A DNA stretch of 42,202 nucleotides from positions 1 to 42,202 of the forward strand of contig CAXUUL010000058.1 in assembly GCA_964255285.1 (NCBI GenBank). The letters are read 5' to 3'. The position numbers and the translations under genes are program-made. Each line of letters begins with the position of its first letter. Position 1 is the first letter of the stretch. The stretch comes from Ionaspis alba (Eukaryota). Positions 12,746 through 23,255 of this stretch are shown here, piece after piece. Under the pieces are notes generated by a model. That model was given only the letters and a program-made list of their open reading frames with translations. It did no database searches and was not told the origin of the DNA.

Positions 12746-15700
12746 TCATGGATTCGTGACTGCAATAGAGATCGCCCTCTCATGCAGCTCTTGAGCCAGC
12801 CGTTCAAGATAGAATCTACCAATCTCGCTGGGTAATCCATTAAACCTCGACGCTAGTCTAAGAACGTCCCTTCTTCCATCCTCGTATGGCTGGAGGTCCC
12901 TGTTGCCATATATGTCCCGTCCTGCAGCATATCCCCAGGACAAATTCCGGAAGAACACATTGACGGCCACGCTCATGCTGCCGTTCGCGGAGACAGTATG
13001 AGCCCACATCGGAGGGATGTATAGCACATCACCTGGATGAAGGATGACCTCATATGGATGCGTGTTCTTCAAGGACTCCATGTCCGCAGTGTTTGGATCA
13101 AAAGCGTCTAGTGGGGAACTCGACGCCCCTGGTGCGATTCCCAAGTGAACAACGTCTGATGGAGGGTATAGTAGAATAGTTTTCGTACCACAAATTTGAC
13201 ACAAGACATTGGCCATGACCTGTGTCGTCAGTCACAACGACAAATCAGGGCAATATATGAACCACTCACGTCATAATGCAATCCCATGTTCACTGGCCCC
13301 GAGATCCTCAATACCGAGCTATGGAAGCGCTCCCTGGTAAAGTCCAATGCGGGGGGTAGTCTGAAATCTGGGGCCAGTGTAGGGAAATCAACATCGAAGT
13401 TTGCAGGCTGTCTAGCCGTGCTAGCGAGAGAGAGGGACCTCAGATAAAACCTCCTTCCAGCAACGATGTCGTCGATAAACTCTCCGAAAGAAATATTCCG
13501 GTAATTGAAATTCCTGTTTGCGAGATTCATGCTTGGGGTTGGAGATTCGTGCACGACCACCTGGTAGCTTAGCATGCTCCTCCGTGTTCTTGATCAGGGC
13601 AAATGACTCACTCGTCGTCCAGTTCCAACCATACTCTTTAGGTATTCTGGGGTCCACAACCTGGTGCACGCTCCCACATCCAAATTTTCCATTAGGACCG
13701 GTGGAAATCCTCGTACACAATCGTGGAAGGCTTCTTTAGTCGTCTGTGGAAGAATCAAAATAGGCAGAGGAACTTTGAATCTCGGAACGACGACATTATT
13801 TACGTTAGCCATAGGTCTTCCTCTTCCTTGATCTTTGCTTTTCACGGAAGAATGGGAAGTGGCTCTCACGTCGGTCAGTAATCCATTGGGAATATCGATG
13901 TCGTCTTCAACCTTGATCTCCGGTACTGGGGTTATCCCCTTCGTCGCGAGGCTCTCATCAATATTTCTGCCTCCTGCTAAATCCTTATCCTGCAAGAGGC
14001 GCTCCACCTCACCTGAGGGACCCTTGCCAACACGATTGTCTTCAACTGTCTCATTTTCCACCTCGCGGATTGCCAATTTTCGTCTTTTTGCTGCTGGCTC
14101 CTCGGTCTCCAGGACAGCCACACTTCCCCTCCTATTCGCTTGACGCCAGATCTTTTGGTCGGTCCATTGGTCGCTGTGCAGCAGCCACACACCTTCGTTC
14201 CAGAAAGTGCCGAATGAAAAACAGACCGCTCCTCCACCGAGGATGACTATACTCGTACCATCCCAGATAGCGGAATGCCCTACCAGCAATGGAATACGAG
14301 TCGAGCGATCTCGGACACGGACCAACTCAATCTCAAAATGGTCGTTCGTACTTAAGTCTCCCTGGGGTGGAAGAAGGTTCACAATCTCGTAATCTGACGA
14401 TAGCACTCCAGACTCCTGAAATCCTCCAACAAGGAAAGTTCCCATAGGAGTCGCAACTGAAGACGCTCCGAATCTGGTGGCAAGTTTGTGCATCTTCCCT
14501 GGGTCGAAACCACAAGGCTCAACGTCTACATACGGATTGACACCCTTATAACGTAAGGTCCACTTGAGTGGTTTTGTGATGATTGTCCCATCTTGGCCCA
14601 TACCACCAAGAATGTAGCCATTGCGTGGTCCTTGTGGAACGAGATTGGCACCAAAACGAGATGCGTCATCGCAATCTGACGACTTACATGCAATCCAGCC
14701 TCTCTGTTCATGCCACACTAGCCAAGACGCAAGGACGGTGCTGCTATCAACCTTACCGCCATAGACCAAAACACCTTCGACACCATCAGGATCGGTGAAC
14801 AGGATGGCGGAATGACGATAACGTGGATTAGGCAGATCATCGGTCTTTTTCCACTTTCCCTCCCGTCGGAGCCAACAGTCAGCCAAACCTTCATTTGGCG
14901 ACTTCCTTCCCCCAGTAAGCAAGCAGTCAAAATTGTTCTTCAAACTAGTCACAGTGTGACACATCCGGTATGGCATTTCCGAGGCAGGTGGGAACTCGGA
15001 GGAGTTATCCGCAGAACCTGTGATATAGCTATCTGTCGAATTCAAACGCCCTTGGGGTCCAAAGCCACCCGTGAATTGCAAAGCGTTCTCTTGCGTTGGG
15101 TATAAAGCACCATATCTCCTTTGTGTCGCTGTTTGTGCATCACATGTAAGAGCCATAGATCTTGTTCTTGCAACGTGGTCACGACGATCGTGAGGGACGT
15201 CCTTCCTAAATTTAAGGCGAAACAACCCAATAGTTCCGCCAGTGCTACCGTCCAATGCCTCGATATTGCTGGTGGAAGCTACAAGACAGAAGTAATGACT
15301 CGCAAAGAGTGCAAATTCCTCCCACTCGTCGAACTGCTCAACAATATTCAGAGCTGCTCGTTCTGAACTTGAAAGGAAGTCGGTGCTCGTCCACAAATCC
15401 CACAAGCTCTTTGTATCAACTCCAGGCCATCCAGCGTTGAAGAATCGACGTTCTTGGTCCTCAATGCGCGGATAGCGGGTTATGGACTTCAAGGGAGAAT
15501 TCAAACGGTCGAAATGCCCGATCATGGTTTTGGCGAATGGATGTTCGTTGCCATTCGGAATGCATTGCTCTAGAAGACAGAAACGCGCTGTATCGTATCA
15601 GCAGTGCTCGACTGAACTCTCATGACCTACAACGCACCATTAGGGTACTCTCCAGCCCAAGCTATCAGTCTATTCGCGGCACCAATATCAATATAGGTCA

Positions 15701-16446
15701 GGGAAACTTCGGCAATGAACATAAGGCTTGCAAAGTCCTTTCCCAGTTCTTGGTGCTCGAGTGTCTGTGTCAATTTGGAGAAGTCACGAAGATCACAGCC
15801 GATGGCCAAGTAATTCTTGCTGCTTAGGTATACCGTTTCTGAAATTGGAGACTCGACAATGGCCTCTAGCTTCTCACGAAGTTGCGGTGTCGTTAGGATG
15901 GTTTCCGTCTTCTTTTTGATCAGGTCAGGATAGTCCACATCGACGAACAGTACATCCTCTTCCGCGATCGCGTCTCGAGCTAGGAGCTTGAATGGTAAGG
16001 TATCGCTAGAATTTGGGGTTTAGAATGACGGTTCGTCATCTTAATTAAGACGATTGTAACCCTTACTATCCGCAACCAAGATTGATGACGACTTTTCGTA
16101 CATTTGGTGTGGTTCTCCAGATGAATTCATCCACGATGTATTGCACTGCCCTCATTCGAAGCCAATAGCCTCGATGGATGAGCGGTGACCGACGTCGGTA
16201 ATTGCTTACGAAGTAGCGGAGGAAATGAGGTTTTGGCAGGAAATATTTCTCGACGGATCTTTTCGAGATCGTGCTGCTATCGTTGGTCTTTTAGGCATTA
16301 GTACGAAGTATATTCGAGTTCAGTGATTGCTTCACACTTACGCCAATGATCGACTCATCTTGAGCGGCCTGTTTGTTAGCTTTTTTGGCAGCCTTTCTAG
16401 CTTGTCGCTCAGGTTCGAGCTTCTTGGAAGCTTTGGCATTGGTCAT
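12746..16446 (-). CDS. PPM2: tRNA wybutosine-synthesizing protein 4 / leucine carboxyl methyltransferase 2 with Kelch repeats and C-terminal JmjC domain (multi-exon)
   Basis: LCMT domain: TNDSSTISKRSVE, RRRSPLIHRGYWLR, VINLGCG.D, DVDYPDL, IGCDLR, AEVSLTY, FDEWEEFALFASHY. Kelch segments: RMCHTVT, LLTGGRKSP, RYRHSA, GGGAVCFSFGTFWN. JmjC domain: SVLRISGPVNMGLHYDVMAN...LHPGDVLYIPPMWAHTV...AVNVFF, then GRDIYGNRDL. GT-AG introns link the ORF fragments. Confidence 0.92.
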
Positions 16447-16518
16447 TGCAGTGAAGGCACCTTGTAAGAAGTAGGATAGCTGTTGATGAGCATCACTTTG
16501 GATTTCAATGGAGATATA

Positions 16519-16536
16519 GAAACGCGTGAAACGCGT
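16519..16536. promoter_or_regulatory. Tandem GAAACGCGT x2 (two MCB-like ACGCGT boxes) in the PPM2/ATG18 divergent promoter
   Basis: The sequence gaaacgcgtgaaacgcgt lies about 75-90 bp upstream of the PPM2 ATG. ACGCGT is the MluI cell-cycle box consensus. Function is inferred only. Confidence 0.4.
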
Positions 16537-16934
16537 TTGCTCAGACCGGGGTGCTAACCGTGGAATAGTTGGTCTAACCTTAAATCCCCACCAGAAGCTA
16601 CCACTGTCCCTCCGCTTCGCCTGTGGGTCGGCCACACAAACGAGGGAGAGCCCGTCGGGCCGGTTGCCTTCGGTTAGCGGCTAAGGAGAACAACAACAAC
16701 GAGATACTACGAAGGACTTTGGAGACAAGGTCTATTCCCTGAGAGATCTAGCCAGGCTTCCTCTTACAAACATACATGTCTCGGTTCCGCATAACACCGC
16801 TTGATCGTCAAAGCGTCCCAGATCAGCCGTACCCTCGTGGGGAATATCTCAAATCGCTTAACAACATTTAACAAGTGGGGGACTGGCATTGTCGAAGCCC
16901 CTATGAGATACGAGTTACACAGTTACTGGGCACG

Positions 16935-18421
16935 ATGTCCATGAACTTTGTAACCTTCAATCAGGACTACAGCCACCTCGCTGTCGGTACGTAGCTACAA
17001 GCAACAAGCTTTCCATTTCATTCTGACAAGCCTATCAAACAGCAACATCACGAGGATACCGGATATACACTACAGATCCATTCTCGAAATGTTCGGAGTC
17101 GAAAGATGGCGACATTTCGATTCTAGAGATGCTGTTCTCTACTTCGCTGGTAGCTCTAATACTTTCTCCCAGAAGATTGCAGATAGCCAATACCAAAGTA
17201 CATCAAATCTTCGCCAGATTCGGAGCTTGGAACGAAAGAAGCTGACTTACCCTAGAGGCACTCGACAATATGCGAGCTTACATTCCCGACTACTGTGCTG
17301 GCCGTCCGATTGAATAGGAAAAGACTGGTGGTTGTACTGGAGGATCAGATATACCTCTACGATATCAGCAACATGAAGCTGCTACATACAATCGAGACAT
17401 CACCGAACCCTCAAGGTAAAGGCTCATCCGCCCAGGCACTGGTAATCAAGAGTTGGTTGACACTAGCAGCTATATGCACCCTCTCCTCGTCTTCGGAAAA
17501 CTGCTACCTAGCCTATCCACTCCCACAAAAAGCCCTCCCAGCGAGCTTCACACCACCCTCACACGCTCCACCATCCGGCACCCACATACCGCCAACAACA
17601 GGCGACGTCCTTCTCTTCGACACCACAAAACTGGAAGCAGTAAACGTAGTCGTCGCGCACCGCTCTCCCCTCTCCCACATCACCCTCAACAACACCGGCA
17701 CCCTCCTAGCCACAGCCTCCGACAAAGGCACCATCATCCGCGTCTTCTCCGTTCCCAAAGCCGACAAGCTCTACCAATTCCGGCGGGGCTCAATGCCCAG
17801 CCGCATCTACAGCATGTCCTTCAACACCACCTCCTCCCTCCTCTGCGTCTCCTCCGCAACAGACACAGTGCACATTTTCAAGCTCGGCGGACCACCCACA
17901 GGACCGCGGCGGCGGAGTACAGCCGAAGATCGACTCAGCCCACCCTCATCCTCACACTCGACAGGCAACCGTGAGCAGAGCCACAGCCCTGCGCCCAGTG
18001 ATTCTCAACCCGATCTCTTCGGCACCCCAAACACAACCAGCGATTCCTCTTCCCTGGCTGCGATGCGCAAACACAACGGTACGCTGATGGGCATGCTTCG
18101 CCGCACTTCACAGAACGTCAGCACGCAATTCGCCTCCTCGGTTGGCGCATACCTGCCCTCGGCCGTAGCGGAGATGTGGGAGCCCACGCGGGATTTCGCC
18201 TGGTGCAAGATCCCCAAGTCGCCGGCCTCTGCTGGGGGAGGCGGTAGCGGTGGAGGCGGTGGAAGTACGGCGCCGCTGAGGAGTGTGGTCGCGATGAGCA
18301 GTGTGAGTCCGAAAGTCATGATCGTTACTAGTGAGGGTCATTTCTATGTTTTCAGCATTGATTTGGAGAATGGAGGTGAGGGGACCTTGGTGAAGGCTTA
18401 TGAGATTGGGGAGGGTGGTGG
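16935..18421 (+). CDS. ATG18: Autophagy PROPPIN Atg18 (WD40, PI3P-binding); 3' end lost in gap
   Basis: Spliced N-terminus [17 protein letters not shown]...[12 protein letters not shown]...[48 protein letters not shown]. Also [20 protein letters not shown], the lipid-binding YQFRRG motif, TVHIFKL and [10 protein letters not shown]. Three introns (~16987-17043, 17198-17255, 17417-17469). Confidence 0.95.
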
Positions 18422-18521
18422 NNNNNNNNNNNNNNNNNNNNNNNNNNNNNNNNNNNNNNNNNNNNNNNNNNNNNNNNNNNNNNNNNNNNNNNNNNNNNNN
18501 NNNNNNNNNNNNNNNNNNNNN
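18422..18521. other. 100-N scaffold gap containing the stop codons of two convergent genes
   Basis: Run of 100 N. ATG18 (+) and the secreted protein (-) both run open into it. Confidence 0.95.
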
Positions 18522-19959
18522 TGGTAGCGTCTCATTGGACATAGACTGAAGATCATTCTGGTTCCCCGTCGTCATCCACACAGAATTCTTATATATCGGC
18601 GCCGCTTCCCCATCAGCATTGAAATTAAAGTCCCCGATGTGACCCTGGCTAAGTGTCGGACCATTGACCCTCGGAGCATAACCAGGTCTAGGAGGATAAT
18701 TGACCGCCCAAACATTTTCAAAGATCGCAGGCACCTTCCCGTTGAGTCCATACTGCATGTAATTACCATTGGAAGTCATTCCGTGCACATGAAGGCCACC
18801 ATTGTTCTCGCTCGCAATAGTCGTCGCGGTGTTGGGGCCGACTTTCGTGTAGATGGTGTAGCCGACTTGGATCCCGGAGCGGGAACCGACGACAGCTGTA
18901 TAGGTGCGAGCGGTGGCCAGCCTGCTGAAGTCGTACTGAGAAACGTACCAGAAATTGCAATCGGGACGGGCGAAGTGGGTAGTGTTTGAGGTGTCGACGC
19001 AGCCTTGGTTGCGCTGATCGACGGTCGACCAGATTGAGGTGTCGAAGCCTTGTTCTACTTCGAAAGTCGCCGTCTTATCACCATTCGTGAGACCGGGAGT
19101 GCTGGTAATGGATGTCACACGGGCTTGAGACCATTGCTCGCCTTGATCAATCCAGATGATACCACCAAGGATGGTCAGATTTTCGGATTGGTTGATATAG
19201 ATCATCTGGTCCGGATGTTGTAACTTGTTTTCGGGGGTTATCTGGACGACGAGGGTAACTCCCCTAAGGTCAATGGTCCAGCCAGGAGAAAGAGAATATA
19301 ATTGGATTCCGGTACCAGGAATATTGTTGGGGTCGTCGTTTGGAGAACGTTTGGGACCTGGCATATACGAGTAGACACCTGGGACGACTTTGAAAAATTT
19401 GGAGGACAGCTTGGAGTTCTTTCGCAGATTGACAAAGTCGTTAAAGGCCGTGCAATTGAAGATGCCATTCTCGGGCCGGAAGAAGGTTGTGCTTTCGAGA
19501 GGCACATAGTCAGGAGCTTCTGGCGCGGAAAGATGATCGCCGTTGATTGGGAAGCTGGCTATCCCGTTGGAGTCTGATTGTTCTGCAGAGTTGGCTCCTG
19601 TTCGAGCAGCTGAACTGCTCGATACCGTAGTCGTCGTGGGGATTGAGGTTAAAGACGAGCTGATGCTCTGCTGATCAGGCTGTAGGTAATTCATATTAGC
19701 TCCCGCGCTGACAGTGGAGGTGATATTGGGTAGTAGCACTGGCGCTGCTCGAGATTTACGGTGGGGCCGCAGGGTACCCTCCTTGACTTACAAGATTGCC
19801 TAGTATGGGCTGGCTAGATGGCGGAGTGGTCGAGTCTGGTGCACTGATCTCAGTAACCGAGGCCCGTACCACAGCACAGCCATTATCAATAGGATTTTCA
19901 GCGATGGGTAAGCTGCAGGCTATGCCTACAAGCACCAGACCCAGGAGAAGGCTTTTCAT
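18522..19959 (-). CDS. Secreted protein of unknown function, possibly pectin-lyase-like right-handed beta-helix; 3' end in gap
   Basis: Signal peptide MKSLLLGLVLVGIACS-LP. A phase-0 intron 19791-19680 (GTAAGT..GCTAAT..CTACAG) joins exon 1 to a long ORF. An S/T-rich linker is followed by a beta-rich, N/G/T-rich domain with several N-x-S/T sequons. The fold assignment is inference. Confidence 0.75.
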
Positions 19960-21388
19960 TGTCGAGTGTGGATCTGCTTGACTTGACTATTGGGGGTTTG
20001 GAGTGAAAAGAGAGAACGAACGGCGTAGGAGATACAGATGAAATATAGAGGCAGGAAATGAATGTGATAGGAGCTGGTTCCAAAGAATGAAATGGCGAAC
20101 GAGCTGCCGCTCTGGCCAGTCAAATGAAGCGCTCGGTAGAGAATGAAGAAATGGAAGGAGAGAATGAGAAAAAAAAGGAGAGATACATCGAATCCATACG
20201 GAAATGCCCTGTTCCTCAAGGATCGGCTACAGATAGATTGAAAGGGACACCAGTATGAAGGATAGTCGGAGAATTTCAGAAGGTGGAGAGGAAGCAGTGG
20301 CCTGTCAAGTGTTTCACCACGATTTACCCGCCCCAACTGCCTGGCGGACGGATGAAAGCCGTTGTGAGATGCACGCTCGGACCAGAAAACGTTGTGGATG
20401 TAATAAGGTGAATCGAGATCAGGATGGAGCAAATGCATGTCTCAGGACGGGTATAGTCCTCCTTAGGGTTCGACATGTCACATGTAGAGCGGAGAGGTCG
20501 TGTACCGGATGGAAAACGAAAGTCGACAGAGACCGATTGGACAATGGAAAGGGAGGTGCCGCTAAGTGGAAAAGCTTGATTTGCTCAAGCGGTTGATGCC
20601 GATACGTCGTGGTTAGTCAGCCTGTTTGGTGCTTGGAAGCAGTGACGTGGGTGTGACATGGTTGCGCAAAACAGTTTGGGAGACACTCCATGTCCACACG
20701 ATCGATCTGATTATCACTCCTTTGTTTGCCCCAATGATCAGAAATACCAGACACGAAGGGGCAGAGGATCGGAGATGAAGTGGAAAGACACGGTGGTGAA
20801 GTTCCACTGTCGTGATTCTTCATCAATCATGCTTGACATGACAACCATAGCTTTCTTGTTCAGCCACAGGTACGGGATTCCCAATAAGTATCTAAGCCGA
20901 TCAGGTTAGATGATTGCTCGGATCTGGATGGATATTTTGTTTCGGCAAGACTAGAGCAGTTCATCTGTGGCTTCACCCGCAAACAGGATGAAGGAACGCG
21001 CCTTGTGGTGTGATGGCCAGGCATGAAGCCAGCTAATACATGATGATGACGGGGCACAAGGCTCAGGCTCTTGCTTGTTTTCTTTGCGCGTCTGTCATTA
21101 TGATTGGAAGCTCGCTGTCGCGGAATGACGTCCTGGGCTGTTCACTGCCTTAAATCACGGTAAACCTTGGCAGAGGTGATGGAGGGAAATTACATGATCG
21201 CACTTGATTTCTGCCAGCAAGTTTGATTCTGCTCTAAATCATGCTAGCATATTAGAACCAACTCTTCAGTCCACATACTTTTTCTGCCTCTTTCTCCTTC
21301 TCTACATACATTCAACCTTCGCATACTTGTCAGCTACACCTCTTAAAGCCGCGACTAGCTCAACCTCGACCATTGCACTCCAGTCAAT

Positions 21389-22269
21389 ATGGCAAAGACC
21401 TCCCCACTTCACTGGTAGGTGACATGAGCTCCAGCGACGAAGCAAAAGCTGCATCTTGGCTCCAGCTAACGTAAGTCACCAGGGTCGGAGTGGTCCTCCT
21501 CCTCATTGCCTCCATCCTGCTCTTGATCACTACCATTTCCGCTCCTGTGATCAAGGACATCGCCATCCTCAAAGTCGTCCTCACCAACAAAACCCAGATC
21601 CGCCAATCCTCCCTCACCTTCGGCACCTTCGGCCACTGCGCCCTCGATGTACCCCCGGTCACGTATGCAGCTCCAGCCCTGAATAGATTACGTGCCTGAG
21701 ACATGAAACACGTGCAATGAGCTGACAATGTTGCAGCTCCGACCAGGACTACTGCAGTCCACGAACCATTGGCTACAAGCCCGCCGTCATCATGTCCGAG
21801 GTTGACGGTAAAGGCTTCGATCGCGTGGCTTCTGCGACGGCGGATGGCTTGACGAACGCCATGATCCTGCATCCCATTGCCTGTGGAGTTGCCTTCATAG
21901 CCTTCCTGCTTTCCGTGGGTGCCGGCGTGGTGGGATCTCTACTGGGCGCAGCCGTGGCAGCTCTGGCGTGGCTCATCACTCTCGTTGTCATGGTGATTGA
22001 TTTCGTCCTCTTTGGTGTAAGCCGACACTGGTTTCCTGATGTTATTGGTATGTCTCATTTGTTGACCTGCTTGGCTAGATCATCAAGAATCACGTCAACT
22101 CCGATGGCTCGGGCTCCAACGCGTACTTCTCCGTCGGCATGTGGACCATCCTCGCTGCCATGATTCTTCTCTTCTTCGGCATGTTCATCGTCCTCTTCAC
22201 CTGCTTCTCTGCGCGTAAGGCAAAGAAGCGAAGTGCCTATAAGAACGAGCCGACCTATGGTGATGGCGT
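21389..22269 (+). CDS. SUR7/PalI (Rim9) family four-TM membrane protein; 3' end in gap
   Basis: The spliced product reads MAKTSPLHWVGVVLLLIASILLLITTISAPVIKDIAILKV...TFGTFGHC...DYCSPRTIGY...LTNAMILHPIACGVAFIAF...LVVMVIDFVLFG...GMWTILAAMILL. FG.FG.C...C...IGY and LHPIA are PalI-family hallmarks. Introns at 21415-21482, 21663-21736 and 22017-22078. Confidence 0.88.
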
Positions 22270-22369
22270 NNNNNNNNNNNNNNNNNNNNNNNNNNNNNNN
22301 NNNNNNNNNNNNNNNNNNNNNNNNNNNNNNNNNNNNNNNNNNNNNNNNNNNNNNNNNNNNNNNNNNNNN
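22270..22369. other. 100-N scaffold gap
   Basis: Run of 100 N truncating the PalI-family CDS. Confidence 0.95.
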
Positions 22370-22729
22370 TCCTCAGAATACCATCATCTCACATCTATAT
22401 GTCATGGCATATGGAAAATCGTGTTGAATCATTGCTTGAAGAAGAAATCTATCGACAAAACTCGGTCGCATTGGGGGGTATCTCCGCCGAGAAAAACGCA
22501 CAAATTTGCAATCAGACACAAAGAATCCCACCACGGACCGCAAAAGACAAGACCACCATGCCCCCATCTCCAAAAGGCACGTCCTATCCCTCAAATAAAA
22601 GCCCACTTATCCCTCCCACATCGCTCGTTCTGCTCTCCTCCTCCTCTCCTCTCATTCCCTTCGTCTTCTCCAACCTGCTGCGTGCCAGCCCTCCCCGATT
22701 CCCATGACCAGCACCATTCCCTCTCGACC

Positions 22730-22995
22730 TTCTCCCTCCTCGACGACCAGGTTCACTGCCCCGACCCGACGCGCTTAGAGCAGCATCAGGCGGAGGCAGA
22801 TCCCAACTGGATCGTCTGAGAAGGAGAAAGGAGGAATGGCGATATTGAATTGATTGTCCATTTCTCGCGACAATCTTCCTCCCCAAGCAACCAGGTTCGC
22901 TGAACCCACATGACGCGCTTAGAGCAGCATCAAATGGAGGCAGGTCCCCACGGTCCTTTAGGGAGGAGAAAGGAGAAATGATGGTGTCGGATTGG
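22730..22995. repeat. Diverged tandem duplication, two copies, 144-bp offset
   Basis: ccaggttc occurs at 22747 and 22891. An exact 21-bp core gacgcgcttagagcagcatca occurs at 22768-22788 and 22912-22932, and aggagaaaggag is shared downstream. Confidence 0.85.
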
Positions 22996-23213
22996 CGGTC
23001 ATGGTGCATGGGGAGGTGTTGGATGGTTGATTTGAACTGATCGTCGAGGCGGAGAAGTAGCTTGCGAGAGCCAACGAGGAGGCGTAAGAAGCGGACGGGC
23101 AAAACAGTGCTATGTAATTATGCTTCATATTGATACTGGTTGTGAAAAGCCTCCTGGTGTAGAAAAAGGACCTCTATTGCATCGTTTCATCGCTTCGTAA
23201 CTTCGTCAAGGCA

Positions 23214-23239
23214 GAAAAAAAAAAAAGAAAGAAAAAAAA
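23214..23239. repeat. A-rich homopolymer tract (U-rich 3' UTR of the minus-strand ULP1 transcript)
   Basis: Nearly pure A run interrupted by single Gs, about 17 bp past the ULP1 stop. Confidence 0.7.
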
Positions 23240-23255
23240 CTTTTGTATGGCGGCC

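Noticed and set aside
18231..18265. GGN-rich repeat
   Set aside because: It encodes a poly-Gly loop within Atg18 and is ordinary coding low complexity.
18108..18527. ORF track entries that read through N runs (543-aa minus ORF tail; ATG18 ending in W)
   Set aside because: Frame continuity across a placeholder gap is meaningless. The 18108-18421 part is simply the reverse strand of ATG18.
22730..22995. Possible CRISPR-like array or LTR pair
   Set aside because: There are only two adjacent diverged copies in a eukaryotic context. There are no spacer series, TG..CA termini, target-site duplication or transposase/RT sequence.
23214..23239. Poly-A tail of a retroposed element, or ULP1 as a retrocopy
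   Set aside because: The A-run is on the strand opposite to the ULP1 mRNA, so it is poly-U in the transcript. No flanking direct repeats or LINE/SINE body were seen.
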